Positions 1 to 9,712 are shown, numbered from the stretch's first letter. The stretch is DNA of 64,000 nt from a bacterium (GCA_021787205.1 JAJYME010000006.1:15644-79643), one strand, 5' to 3'. Program-made: numbers and translations. Notes: generated by a model not told the origin, from the sequence alone.

Positions 1-831
1 TGTTTTCTTCGTTTCCGTCTTTTTCTTTGTTGTCCCTCTCTTCACCTCCTTAGCCGGCTTCGTTTTTGCCGGAACTTCTTTGTGAACTACGGGATAGATA
101 TCGCCATTCAAGTTGTTCATGATCTTTATGATCTTGGCGATCTTCTCAGAGACCAAAGACGCCCCGCCGACAAGCAACCCGTCTATTTCCGGCTGGTTCA
201 GGAAATCAGAACAGTTGTTCTCGTCGACTGATCCTCCGTATAAGACATTCACCCCAAAAAGACCTAGCGATTCGGCAGTCGATTTTATCAGCTTGGCGCG
301 CTCATTGATATCAGTCGGATTCGGAGTCTCCCCTGTGCCTATTGCCCAGATCGGCTCATAAGCGACCGTAATCTTTCCCGATCTTTTAGGAGGAATGCCG
401 GACAGAGAATTAATGACGTCTCTTCTTATGGTCCTGCCGGCCATCATTGTTCCTTCCTCTCTCTCCCTTTGACTCTCGCCGATGCAAATGATAACTGACA
501 AACCGAAATCAAGGGCCGCTTTTGCTTTCTGGACGATCAGTTCGTCAGTCTCTCCGAAGTAAATCCTTCTCTCCGAATGACCAAGAATCACGCTTTTCAC
601 TCCGGCTTTGACAAGCTGTCTCGAAGAGACCTCACCGGTAAAGGCGCCGTTGTCCAGGAAAGCGTCTTGAGCCCCGAGCTGCGCATAGGTCAGCTCTTTT
701 CCAAGGTGTAAAAAAAGATACGGAGCGGCAATGACGACGTTCTTTTTGTCGGAGATTCCAAAAAGCTTTTGCGCTTCCTGGGAACTCTCCGGATTGCACT
801 TCCAATTTGCGACAATAATTTTCGGTTTCAT
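1..831 (-). CDS. tpiA: Triosephosphate isomerase (3' end runs off window)
   Basis: Hand translation from ATG 831: MKPKIIVANWK..GAFTGEVS..ILGHSERR..AYEPIWAIGTG..LYGGSV..DGLLVGGASL; no stop before position 1; missing from ORF track. Confidence 0.95.
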   Translation of the reverse strand, partial: MKPKIIVANWKCNPESSQEAQKLFGISDKKNVVIAAPYLFLHLGKELTYAQLGAQDAFLDNGAFTGEVSSRQLVKAGVKSVILGHSERRIYFGETDELIVQKAKAALDFGLSVIICIGESQREREEGTMMAGRTIRRDVINSLSGIPPKRSGKITVAYEPIWAIGTGETPNPTDINERAKLIKSTAESLGLFGVNVLYGGSVDENNCSDFLNQPEIDGLLVGGASLVSEKIAKIIKIMNNLNGDIYPVVHKEVPAKTKPAKEVKRGTTKKKTETKKT

Positions 832-840
832 ATTTGTTTA

Positions 841-2727
841 TCAGTCTTTTTTAATAATCCTGTTGTTATAATACCATTCGAAGACATCTTTGGCGATTGG
901 AACGGCGTTCAACCCTCCCTCCTTGGCGTTCTCCACCAAGACCAGGACGCAAACTTCCTTGGGCGCGTTTTCTTCTGCGGTTATTTTCTCCTTTGGCACC
1001 GAATTGTAATTCGCGCATCCGACAAAGAAGGCGTTGGTCTTTTTGTTGTTTTGGATCTGGGCGCTTCCCGTCTTCCCGTAAACATCGAAGGGCAGACTGT
1101 CCAAAAGATGGGCCGTGCCGTAGTCCTTGGTGACCGCGTCTCTCATTCCGATTTTTGCCTCGGCGATATAACTCGCCAGATTCGTATCATCTTTGAGCAC
1201 CTGTTTGTCTTTGAAAGACAAGTGAGGGGTATAGACGGTTCCGCCATTGTAAATGGCTGAAATGGCCGAAATAAGGGAAATAGGGGTCACTACCATATCG
1301 CCCTGGCCGATCGAAGTGATGTAGGTATCGCCTATCGTCCAATCGATCCCGGTTCTCTTTTTCTTAGCTTCCGGAGTCGGGATTATCCCGACATTTTCAG
1401 AAGAAAGCTCTATCCCTGTTTTTGTATCCAATCCGAACAAAGAATAATATTTCCCCAGCCTTTCGATTCCTAATCCTTTGACTACCCCACCCCATCCTTT
1501 GAATAGGTCGGGGTTTTGGAGCAAGCCTCCTCCGGCTGCATAAAAATAAATGTTTGATGATCTCGCGATCGCAGAGTGAAGATCAACCCAACCGTGGGCC
1601 TTCCAGTCGACAAAACGAGTCGGATTGTCCGGATTGTACTTGTTGGGGATGTACATTTTTCCGGCCGAGTATACCTCATCATCGACTCTCATTACCTTCT
1701 CCGCCAGGACACCCGTAGCCACGATCGGCTTGATTGTCGATCCTGGAGAGTAAAGCCCTGAGATGGCGCGGTTCAGGAGCGGATGGTTTTCATCGATCAT
1801 CGACTTAGCGATATCTGAAGATGAGAATGAGGGCGCGGATACCAGCGCCAAGACCTCGCCATCGGTTGGATCAAGGGCTATTCCGACCGCTCCTGGACCG
1901 GATCCGATCCGCTTCATCAAATCAAGCAAGGATTGATAGAACTCATTTGTCAGACCGGCATCAACTGTCGTTTGCAAATCGTCGCCTTTTTTCGGCTCGC
2001 TGAAATTTCTCTGACCCAACTCTTTGCCCAAGGAGTTCCTGTAAGAGATTATCTTTCCGCTCTCGCCCCTAAGGGTCTCGTCAAAAAGATATTCCAGATT
2101 GGTCTTGCCGACGGTGTCTGACGGGGTGATCTTCTTTGAACTAAGATCTTCCTTTGTGGGAAGTCCGGTATATCCGACCACGTGGGCAAAGGGCGGCTCA
2201 AAAACTCGCTTCACATCCGTCCTCACTGAAAGTGAAGACAGGTTTAATGACTCTATGCTTATGGCTTCTTGTTTTGTCAGGTCTTTCTTTAGAAGGATCC
2301 CGTCTGAAGAAGCTCCGAACTTTGAAACGATTTCCGAAAACTCGGATTCGGTCATATTTATTAAGGGCAGCGCCTTTAAGACGGCCGGAGCTTCATTATT
2401 GGACACGGCTGACGAAGGATAGAAATAAACGGAAAGCGCCGCCTCGTTCTTGACGATAGGAGTCCCGTACCTGTCTCTTATTATTCCACGCTCAGCCGGG
2501 GTAATGATTACCCGATTGACATTGGATTCCGCTCTCGAAACATAGTAATCGTGTTTTATAAGAGAAAGATAAGCGACTCTTCCGATAACGATAAGGACAA
2601 TGACCCCAAAGAACGCAGCCAAGAAGCCAAAACTGCGTTTTTCAAGAGGACGCTCTACCCCGAATGCTTGCATATATTCCAGAGTGAATTCGTCAAAATC
2701 AAGGTTGTACTTTCTTCCGTGTTTCAT
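841..2727 (-). CDS. mrdA: Penicillin-binding protein 2 (class B)
   Basis: N-terminal TM, RGIIRDRYG, PGSTIKP (SxxK), SSN, KTG motifs; follows mreBC. Confidence 0.9.
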   Translation of the reverse strand: MKHGRKYNLDFDEFTLEYMQAFGVERPLEKRSFGFLAAFFGVIVLIVIGRVAYLSLIKHDYYVSRAESNVNRVIITPAERGIIRDRYGTPIVKNEAALSVYFYPSSAVSNNEAPAVLKALPLINMTESEFSEIVSKFGASSDGILLKKDLTKQEAISIESLNLSSLSVRTDVKRVFEPPFAHVVGYTGLPTKEDLSSKKITPSDTVGKTNLEYLFDETLRGESGKIISYRNSLGKELGQRNFSEPKKGDDLQTTVDAGLTNEFYQSLLDLMKRIGSGPGAVGIALDPTDGEVLALVSAPSFSSSDIAKSMIDENHPLLNRAISGLYSPGSTIKPIVATGVLAEKVMRVDDEVYSAGKMYIPNKYNPDNPTRFVDWKAHGWVDLHSAIARSSNIYFYAAGGGLLQNPDLFKGWGGVVKGLGIERLGKYYSLFGLDTKTGIELSSENVGIIPTPEAKKKRTGIDWTIGDTYITSIGQGDMVVTPISLISAISAIYNGGTVYTPHLSFKDKQVLKDDTNLASYIAEAKIGMRDAVTKDYGTAHLLDSLPFDVYGKTGSAQIQNNKKTNAFFVGCANYNSVPKEKITAEENAPKEVCVLVLVENAKEGGLNAVPIAKDVFEWYYNNRIIKKD

Positions 2728-2741
2728 TTCGGGTTTGTTTT

Positions 2742-3059
2742 TTATCTGGCAATAAGGGAAACCAGGAACGATAAAAAGGAGAATAAGGCGAGCGATAGTA
2801 TTATCGCCGAAGCCAGGTTTATTCTCTTATCAAAAGGCATCTTCACAAAAACAGCCGCTCCAATCGCGGCTGAGATAATGAAAGCAATATTTGCCAAATC
2901 AACGCCGGGATAGAATTTTAAAAGCAGGGCAGCGATGATTATTGGAATGATTTTATATTCAGGCTTCCTGATATAGGTCGTGATGATCACGACTGCGATG
3001 AGCGTCGCCGTGCCGAGATTGAAGAGCCAATGCAGGCTATTTAATAACGACTGAAACAT
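2742..3059 (-). CDS. Small membrane protein, MreD-like by position
   Basis: 105 aa hydrophobic; between mreC and PBP2. Confidence 0.55.
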   Translation of the reverse strand: MFQSLLNSLHWLFNLGTATLIAVVIITTYIRKPEYKIIPIIIAALLLKFYPGVDLANIAFIISAAIGAAVFVKMPFDKRINLASAIILSLALFSFLSFLVSLIAR

Positions 3060-3702
3060 CTCTTAAAGTTTTTAGGTCCAATATCGACTCTATTCCGGCA
3101 GTTTTGAGCAATTCCCCATTCATACTCTTCGTCTTGCCCAATCCCAATCCGTATGGATAATCGGCCGCCGCTGAGACGACTAATTCGCAACAAGGGAGGG
3201 CATCTTTGGTGTCTATCATCTGCAAGCTCGGTTCCAACCCGCCGACATAAAGGGCGTCTATTTCATTCTTCCCGATTCTCACCGGAAGTTTGAACGTCCT
3301 GTCAAAGATGGTCTGGACGGAGCTGGTATTCTTAAAAACTTTCACCACCCTTCCTACAAGGAGATTGTCGGAAACGACGATATCGCCCTCCTTCACTCCG
3401 TTTCCTGAGCCGATATTGATTGTTACTTGGGATCTGTCTGAAAAGGGATAAGAGGAGAAGACTTTCGCCTTGATCGAATTATGCTTCTCCTCGGAAAGGG
3501 AGATAGCCGCTACTGACTTCAACCTCATATTCTCGACTTCCAGCTGTTTGTTCTTTTCTCTCAGCAAGTCTAACTCGCTCACTCCACTGACCTTGTCGGC
3601 CACATAGGCAAAGACGACGCCTTTTCCGGCGATAAACCATTCGCCGGAAAGGACAACATAAAGCAAAAGGGATAAGATTAGCGGAACAATCGTTTTCTTC
3701 AT
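3037..3702 (-). CDS. mreC: Rod shape protein MreC
   Basis: TM, coiled coil, INIGSGNGVKEGDIVV..LVGRV; after mreB. Confidence 0.88.
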   Translation of the reverse strand: MKKTIVPLILSLLLYVVLSGEWFIAGKGVVFAYVADKVSGVSELDLLREKNKQLEVENMRLKSVAAISLSEEKHNSIKAKVFSSYPFSDRSQVTINIGSGNGVKEGDIVVSDNLLVGRVVKVFKNTSSVQTIFDRTFKLPVRIGKNEIDALYVGGLEPSLQMIDTKDALPCCELVVSAAADYPYGLGLGKTKSMNGELLKTAGIESILDLKTLRDVSVVIK

Positions 3703-3864
3703 TTTTTTGATTCCAAATGATTTGTCTGAATTCTAACAAAATTTCTCAAAAATATAAAGAGAACGACACAAAAACAAAAATAAGTAAACACCTCCCTGCC
3801 TTCCCTGAACCTTTACCAGGCTCCAAGCATAAGGTATTTACTTATTTTATTGATGCTATGCCGT

Positions 3865-4908
3865 TTATAAGGTGACTTCCCTCGGTCTCGCCTGGCTGGC
3901 CAGCATCCTTTCATACTTGTCAAAATCCTCAACGATATCTCCCAAGCCCCTGATAACACAGGTTTGCGGCTCAGCGATAAGATTAGTTTTGACGGTTGTT
4001 TCCTTTTCGATATGGCGTTCTATGCCACGAAGCAAAGAGCCGCCCCCCGAGAGATAGATTCCCTTCTCGAGAATATCTCCGACAAGTTCCGGCGGACATT
4101 CTTCTATGAGACCTCTCGCCGCATCAGCAATCGTTTTCAATGACTTCGTGATTGCCAATCGGACATGGGAGTTTTTAACCATTACCTCCTTCGGCAATCC
4201 GGAGCTCAAGTCTCTTCCGCGGATAGTCATCTCAAGCTTTTCATCAACGGTGATGGCCGAACCGATCCTGATCTTTATCTCTTCCGCCGTCGGTTCTCCA
4301 ATCGCCAGATGAAACTCATCTTTGATGTATTTGATGATATCCTCGTTCATTTTGTCTCCGGCAACCTTCAAGCTCCTCGAAGTGACTGAACCGCCGACGG
4401 AGATTATTGCCATTTCGGTCGTTCCTCCTCCGATGTTTATGATCATATTTGCCGTCGGTTCGTTTATCGGCAAGTTTGCTCCCAGAGCTGCGGCGATAGG
4501 AATCTCAACAAGATACACCTTGGAAACTCCGGCCGAGAGAAGGACGTCCTCAGCCGATTTGCGCTCGACTTCGGTCATGTTTGAAGGAACTGCCAGGACC
4601 GCCAGACCGCATCTTGAGAAAAATCCGTTTTTGAGTTTCTCTAGGTGGTGCTTCATTATCTCCCCGGTCATTTCAAAATCGGAAACGACTCCTCCCTGGA
4701 TGGGACGGACAACGGTGATATGCTGCGGAGAACGGTCTAACATCCTCTTCGCTTCCGCTCCCACGGCTACGATTTGCCCAGTCTTGTTGTTGATGGCGAT
4801 AATCGTAGGTTCGGAGACGATGATTCCGGAACCCTTCAGATAAACCAAGGTATTGACCGTTCCCAAATCGACTCCTATTTGATAATTAAAGTTTTCGAAT
4901 ATCTTCAT
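3865..4908 (-). CDS. mreB: MreB actin homolog (copy 1)
   Basis: IGVDLGTVNT, NIGGGTTE, LSGGGSLLRG. Confidence 0.93.
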   Translation of the reverse strand: MKIFENFNYQIGVDLGTVNTLVYLKGSGIIVSEPTIIAINNKTGQIVAVGAEAKRMLDRSPQHITVVRPIQGGVVSDFEMTGEIMKHHLEKLKNGFFSRCGLAVLAVPSNMTEVERKSAEDVLLSAGVSKVYLVEIPIAAALGANLPINEPTANMIINIGGGTTEMAIISVGGSVTSRSLKVAGDKMNEDIIKYIKDEFHLAIGEPTAEEIKIRIGSAITVDEKLEMTIRGRDLSSGLPKEVMVKNSHVRLAITKSLKTIADAARGLIEECPPELVGDILEKGIYLSGGGSLLRGIERHIEKETTVKTNLIAEPQTCVIRGLGDIVEDFDKYERMLASQARPREVTL

Positions 4909-6100
4909 AATTCAGTATTTCAAGTTCTTCTTTTGCTCGGCGCTTTACTTCTATTTTATCACCAAGTTTCTCACTGACAACCAGACGGATCGGAAGCCCT
5001 AAGAGGTCCGCATCGGCGAACTTCTCTCCAGCGGAGACATCCCTGTCATCATAAAGGACGGACATCCCCTCTCCCGTCATCTTCTCATACAACTCTTGTC
5101 CAAGACCCCTCTTTGTCTCAATCAGGTGGAATTTGAACGGCGCCACGCCTTCAGGCAAGATTATACCCTTATCATCATGGCTAGCCTCGACGATTGCTCC
5201 TAAGAGACGTGAGACGCCAATTCCGTAACAACCCATGATTGCCTCTTTGGTTTCCCCATTCTGGTCCTTGAATTTCATTTCGAAAGCCTTTGAGAATTTG
5301 GTTCCAAGCTTGAATATGTTTCCTACTTCCGCCGCCTTTATCGGCTGCAGATTCTTCTCGCCGCAAACGGGACAAGTATTTTGTTCTTCATAAATCTCGT
5401 CATTGACGGCAACGTGGCATTTCTCGCACAAATGGATCAGGTCTTCTCCAGCATCGGTTATCATCTGGAATTCATGAGAATATTTGGCGAAAGTCCCTCC
5501 GGACGCATAGGTCAAGACTGTCTTGTCGCCAATTCCCAATTCCTGGAAAACGGCCGTGTAGGCCTTGGTCATCTTTTCGTAATAATCATCCAAGTCTTCC
5601 TGGTTGGTGTGGAAGGAATAGAGATCTTTCATATAAAATTCCCTTCCTCTCATCAATCCCGATTTGGCTCTCTTCTCATCCCTGAATTTCCATTGGAATT
5701 GGAATACGGAAATGGGCAAGTCCCTGTATGAAGAAACGTTGGCTTTCACAAGCGGAGTGACTATCTCTTCATGGGTAGGACCCAGGACATAATCAGTTCT
5801 TGAGTAAAAGCTGGTGAAGCGGAACAGGACATCGAGCGTATCATACCTTCCGGTCACTTCCCAAGCAGACTTTGGATGAAGGGCACTCATATAGATCTCC
5901 GATCCTCCGGCGGCAACCATGTGCTTTCTGATGATGTTTTCGATATTCTTTAGAGCCATCAAACCCAAGGGAAGATAGCTATAAACTCCAGCCATGATCT
6001 TGTAGACATAGCCGGCGCGCAAAAGGAGCTTGGCATTCAACGATTCCTCATCCTGCGGATTGAACTTTTGGGTTTTTGAAAAAAGTGATGATTGTTTCAT
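4886..6100 (-). CDS. proS: Proline--tRNA ligase (short form, no INS editing domain)
   Basis: LGPTHEE, KFRDEKR, MGCYGIGVSR; 404 aa. Confidence 0.95.
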   Translation of the reverse strand: MKQSSLFSKTQKFNPQDEESLNAKLLLRAGYVYKIMAGVYSYLPLGLMALKNIENIIRKHMVAAGGSEIYMSALHPKSAWEVTGRYDTLDVLFRFTSFYSRTDYVLGPTHEEIVTPLVKANVSSYRDLPISVFQFQWKFRDEKRAKSGLMRGREFYMKDLYSFHTNQEDLDDYYEKMTKAYTAVFQELGIGDKTVLTYASGGTFAKYSHEFQMITDAGEDLIHLCEKCHVAVNDEIYEEQNTCPVCGEKNLQPIKAAEVGNIFKLGTKFSKAFEMKFKDQNGETKEAIMGCYGIGVSRLLGAIVEASHDDKGIILPEGVAPFKFHLIETKRGLGQELYEKMTGEGMSVLYDDRDVSAGEKFADADLLGLPIRLVVSEKLGDKIEVKRRAKEELEILNYEDIRKL

Positions 6101-6102
6101 GT

Positions 6103-7101
6103 TTATTTTTTGATTAGGTTGACGACGTCTTTGGCCGTTGCCAAAAACATCAGCGCCAAAAGGATAAAGAACCCTAAAGTATTTATTATCCCGACCACTT
6201 TCTGACTCAAAGGGCGTTTTTGGATCTTCTCTATTGCCAGGAATAAAAGATGTCCGCCATCAAGAGCCGGAAAGGGCAGGAAGTTGATCACGAACAAGTT
6301 GACGGAAACCACAGCCAGAAGCTGCAGAAAATAAACCGCCCCCATGCTTTCCGCCACCGATACGGCGCGGAACACCGCCACCGGACCAGAGGCTCCGGAA
6401 AAATCAACGGATGTAAACATGTGGATCAAGGCCTGGATGATGTAAGAAACGGTTTCGGTCGTTCTCATAAATCCTTCTCCAATCGCGGAGAAGAAGGGTT
6501 GCTTCTCAATCCCGCCCTCTTGCAGGGCCACTCCGATTTTTGCCTTGCCGGTCTCATCGATTCTTGGGGTGACTCTTGCTGTTATATCTTTCCCTTCGCG
6601 CGAAAGATTCAAGGATATCTCCTTGTCGGGATTTCGTCCGATATATTCAGTCAGCTCCTTGATAGTCTCAAAATCACGGACCGAGTCATAACTCTTTATC
6701 CCGGCCGCTGCCGCCGGAGATCCCGGCAAGACCGCTTCGACATAGACCGTCTGTTTTATCCCGATCAAGAAGATGATCGAGAAAGCGACCCAGGCAATCA
6801 AGAAATTCATGAATATCCCGGCGACAAAGACGACAAGTCTCTTCCAAGCCGGCGGCAAGCGATGCATATCCTCGCCTTCTCCAGGAACCAACCCTTTTAC
6901 TTTTACAAATCCTCCGAAAGGAATGGCATTTATGGAGTATATCGTTCCTTTTATCTTCTTGCCGAATATCCTCGGGGGTAAACCAAAACCGAACTCTTCA
7001 ACTTCAAAACCCGCCTTTTTGGCGGCGATAAAGTGACCGAATTCATGTCCTAAGATTAGGATCGCAAAGAAAAAAAGAATTAACAGGCCTGTTAAAAGCA
7101 T
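6103..7101 (-). CDS. rseP: RseP-type site-2 protease with PDZ domain
   Basis: HEFGH, NFLPFPALDGG; between frr and proS. Confidence 0.9.
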   Translation of the reverse strand: MLLTGLLILFFFAILILGHEFGHFIAAKKAGFEVEEFGFGLPPRIFGKKIKGTIYSINAIPFGGFVKVKGLVPGEGEDMHRLPPAWKRLVVFVAGIFMNFLIAWVAFSIIFLIGIKQTVYVEAVLPGSPAAAAGIKSYDSVRDFETIKELTEYIGRNPDKEISLNLSREGKDITARVTPRIDETGKAKIGVALQEGGIEKQPFFSAIGEGFMRTTETVSYIIQALIHMFTSVDFSGASGPVAVFRAVSVAESMGAVYFLQLLAVVSVNLFVINFLPFPALDGGHLLFLAIEKIQKRPLSQKVVGIINTLGFFILLALMFLATAKDVVNLIKK

Positions 7102-7105
7102 AATG

Positions 7106-7639
7106 TTATTGGTTGAGTTCTTCTATTTTTTGGGCAACGAGAGAATCCACTTCCGCATTAAACTTATCAACGATCTTTTGCAAACCGTCTTTGGCTCGGA
7201 ACTTCTCATCCTCATCGGCGATGGCATTTACCGCCTTTATATATTTGTCCCTGTTGGACCTCATCTTGATGCGGTTCTCCTCGGCAATTGATTTTACGAG
7301 TTTTATAAGCTCGTCTTTTCTTTCAATGGTCAGTTCTGGCATTGTGAGGCGGACTCCCGTTGAATCGGCGACGATTCCCAATCCCAGATTCTCCGATTCG
7401 ATAGCCTTGGTAATGGCCGGAATCGCGGCCTTATCCCAAGGGGTAACGATGATATCGCGAGGGGCTTGGATGGAGAGGCTGGCCACCTGGTTAAGCTCCA
7501 AGTTGGTCCCCATATAATCTACCTTCACGCGCTCGACCAGCCTTGTCGTCGGCCTGTTTGAGCGGATTTTCATGTATTCTTCCTTGAGCCACGAGATAAT
7601 TCCCGCGGTCATTTGTTCCATTTCTTTTAAAGGATCCAT
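7106..7639 (-). CDS. frr: Ribosome recycling factor
   Basis: KIRSNRPT, VDYMG, PELTIERKDELIK. Confidence 0.93.
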   Translation of the reverse strand: MDPLKEMEQMTAGIISWLKEEYMKIRSNRPTTRLVERVKVDYMGTNLELNQVASLSIQAPRDIIVTPWDKAAIPAITKAIESENLGLGIVADSTGVRLTMPELTIERKDELIKLVKSIAEENRIKMRSNRDKYIKAVNAIADEDEKFRAKDGLQKIVDKFNAEVDSLVAQKIEELNQ

Positions 7640-8397
7640 GGTGTTGATTTTAATTGAAGTTTTTTATTTAAGTTGAATTGTTTTGAAAGATAATAACGAT
7701 GAAGCGATTCTTTCAGGTTCTGATAACTCTTTTCCTCCGAGTTATATAGGTCAAGCAGTGATTTCAATATGAACTTGTCATACTCCGCCTCCGTTTCGAA
7801 TTTAAGATCTTTTGGAGCTTTGATCTTTTGCCAGTCTTCGGACAAGATAGCCTTCGCCAGTCCCGGCCGGCCGAGAGAAATTCTCGCCAGGCTTTCCGCT
7901 TCCTTTTCCGGAAGTTTGCATTCCTCAATCAGCCAGCTTCTCATTATTTCCATCTGGACTCTTGGAAAGTATATTTTCCTGAGCCTCGAAGCGAGGGTCG
8001 GCAAGATTGACTCCGATGAATTCACCGTCAAGATGATCAAGGAATGGATTGGCGGCTCCTCAGTTATCTTCAAGAAGGCGTTTTGGGCCTCCCTTGTCAT
8101 ATTTTCCGCGTCACGGACGATGACCGTCCTATAATCGGAAGCTACCGGAACGACGGCTAAGAAGTTTTTTATCTCTCTTATCTCATCGATTCCGATCGTA
8201 TTCCTTTCCGGGTCAGGACTGATTATGAAAGCATCGGACAAAACCGAAGGATTCTTCTCTAAGGAATTCGCCAGCTCAAGAGCAAAGGCGAACTTCCCTG
8301 TCATCGGTTCTCCGAAGAACAGATAACTGCCCCCGAGAGTTCCCGACTCCCTCATTTTTGTTATGATTGCTTTTTCTTTTTCCCGACCTATTAACAT
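7627..8397 (-). CDS. holB: DNA polymerase III delta' subunit
   Basis: YLFFGEPMTGK, IGIDEIR, AQNAFLKITEEPP, ILPTLASR. Confidence 0.88.
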   Translation of the reverse strand: MLIGREKEKAIITKMRESGTLGGSYLFFGEPMTGKFAFALELANSLEKNPSVLSDAFIISPDPERNTIGIDEIREIKNFLAVVPVASDYRTVIVRDAENMTREAQNAFLKITEEPPIHSLIILTVNSSESILPTLASRLRKIYFPRVQMEIMRSWLIEECKLPEKEAESLARISLGRPGLAKAILSEDWQKIKAPKDLKFETEAEYDKFILKSLLDLYNSEEKSYQNLKESLHRYYLSKQFNLNKKLQLKSTPWIL

Positions 8398-8408
8398 TTT
8401 ATTTTAAA

Positions 8409-8555
8409 AATTATACAGATGACGCAAACACTCTCGCAGCGTTATCTGCAGCGATTCGGCCCGGTCGGCGCCACGGGCGACGCGAATCGCGAAGCCATTC
8501 GAGTGAGCGCCGGCTCACGAGATTAGCGAGAGAGTTGTTTGCGTTGTTTGTAATT
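8409..8555 (+). repeat. Structured dispersed element, copy A
   Basis: Long outer stem plus three inner stems; motifs AGCG, GCCCGGT, GAAGCC, loop GCCG, AGCGA shared with copies B and C. Confidence 0.85.
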
Positions 8556-8564
8556 CGCTCGTAA

Positions 8565-9572
8565 TTAGAATTTATTAAGCAAAGTTTTCTTATAAACATC
8601 CAAATGATTCAAGATCATGCTCGAACCCTTGGCGACGCACATTATCGCTTCCGGAGCGGTATACGCTTCCACTCCCAGGATGCGCTTCAGGAAATCAGCG
8701 ATGTTTCTGAGGTTGGCTCCTCCGCCGGAAACTATCACTCCTTTTTCCATTACGTCCGCCACTAACTCTGGCGGTGTCTGGTTGAAGACTCCTTGGATGC
8801 TCGAAGCGATTTCCAAAAGCAGTGGATTCAAAGCTTCGGCGATCTCGTTCGAATTGATGGTGATGTCTTTTGGAAGACCCGTCGTCAGGTCTCTTCCGCG
8901 AATTTCGAATTCGATCTTATTCTTCATCGGAATTGCCGAACCGGCGTTTATCTTCGCCAACTCCGCGGTCTGCTCTCCAATGGATAGGGAATACTTCTTC
9001 TTGATGTATTCTATGATCGCATTGTCGAACTTGTTTCCGGCAACTCTAAGAGAAGACCAGCAAACGACGGAACCTAGGGCGATTACAGCCACCTCAGAAG
9101 TTCCTCCGCCGATGTTAACAATCATATTTCCAGAAGACGAGTTGATCGGGATTCCAGCGCCTAAGGCAGCCATTAATGGTTCCTTGACGATATAGGCGGT
9201 CTTAGCTCCTGCTTCTTCCGCCGCTTGGACGATAGCGCGTCTTTCGGTTGCCGTAATTCCAGCCGGACCGGAGACAACCACATCAGGACGCCAGATATTA
9301 AATGTGCCAATAGCCTTTCTGATAAAATAGGTCAGCATTGCTCGAGTGATATAATAGTCGGCAATGACGCCATCCTTAAGCGGACGGTAAGCGGCGATGT
9401 CTCCGGGCGTGCGACCAACCATTTCTTTCGCCTCCCTTCCGACAGCCAAAACTTTGTTAGTTGATAAATCAAGCGCAACGATTGTTGGTTCATTGATTAT
9501 GAAACCCTTGTCCGGAGTGTAGACCACGGTATTTGTCGTTCCCAAATCAATCCCTATCTGACGCGTAAACAT
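8565..9572 (-). CDS. mreB: MreB/Mbl actin homolog (copy 2)
   Basis: [30 protein letters not shown]; start moved to ATG 9572. Confidence 0.93.
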   Translation of the reverse strand: MFTRQIGIDLGTTNTVVYTPDKGFIINEPTIVALDLSTNKVLAVGREAKEMVGRTPGDIAAYRPLKDGVIADYYITRAMLTYFIRKAIGTFNIWRPDVVVSGPAGITATERRAIVQAAEEAGAKTAYIVKEPLMAALGAGIPINSSSGNMIVNIGGGTSEVAVIALGSVVCWSSLRVAGNKFDNAIIEYIKKKYSLSIGEQTAELAKINAGSAIPMKNKIEFEIRGRDLTTGLPKDITINSNEIAEALNPLLLEIASSIQGVFNQTPPELVADVMEKGVIVSGGGANLRNIADFLKRILGVEAYTAPEAIMCVAKGSSMILNHLDVYKKTLLNKF

Positions 9573-9712
9573 AATTAATATATTAACATAAAATACCCCA
9601 AAGTCTAACCCGCTTTGATTGACAAAACGCCCTAAATTCATTATTGGAAATATCTAAAATTAAAGCGAAAAATGGCCGCCCCTCCCCTCTCTTCATGATC
9701 CGCTAAAAACTA

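Noticed and set aside
841-843. Genetic code 25
   Set aside because: TGA ends PBP2 and mraZ at expected lengths and no conserved gene is broken by TGA
8431-8535. Hammerhead or other known ribozyme reading of elements A-C
   Set aside because: No CUGANGA core; I could not fit twister, pistol or HDV consensus by eye
8411-8599. Short ORFs over elements A, B and the tRNA repeat (8411-8599, 8367-8564, 10726-10953, 28271-28576)
   Set aside because: No protein motifs; by-products of GC-rich palindromic or tRNA sequence
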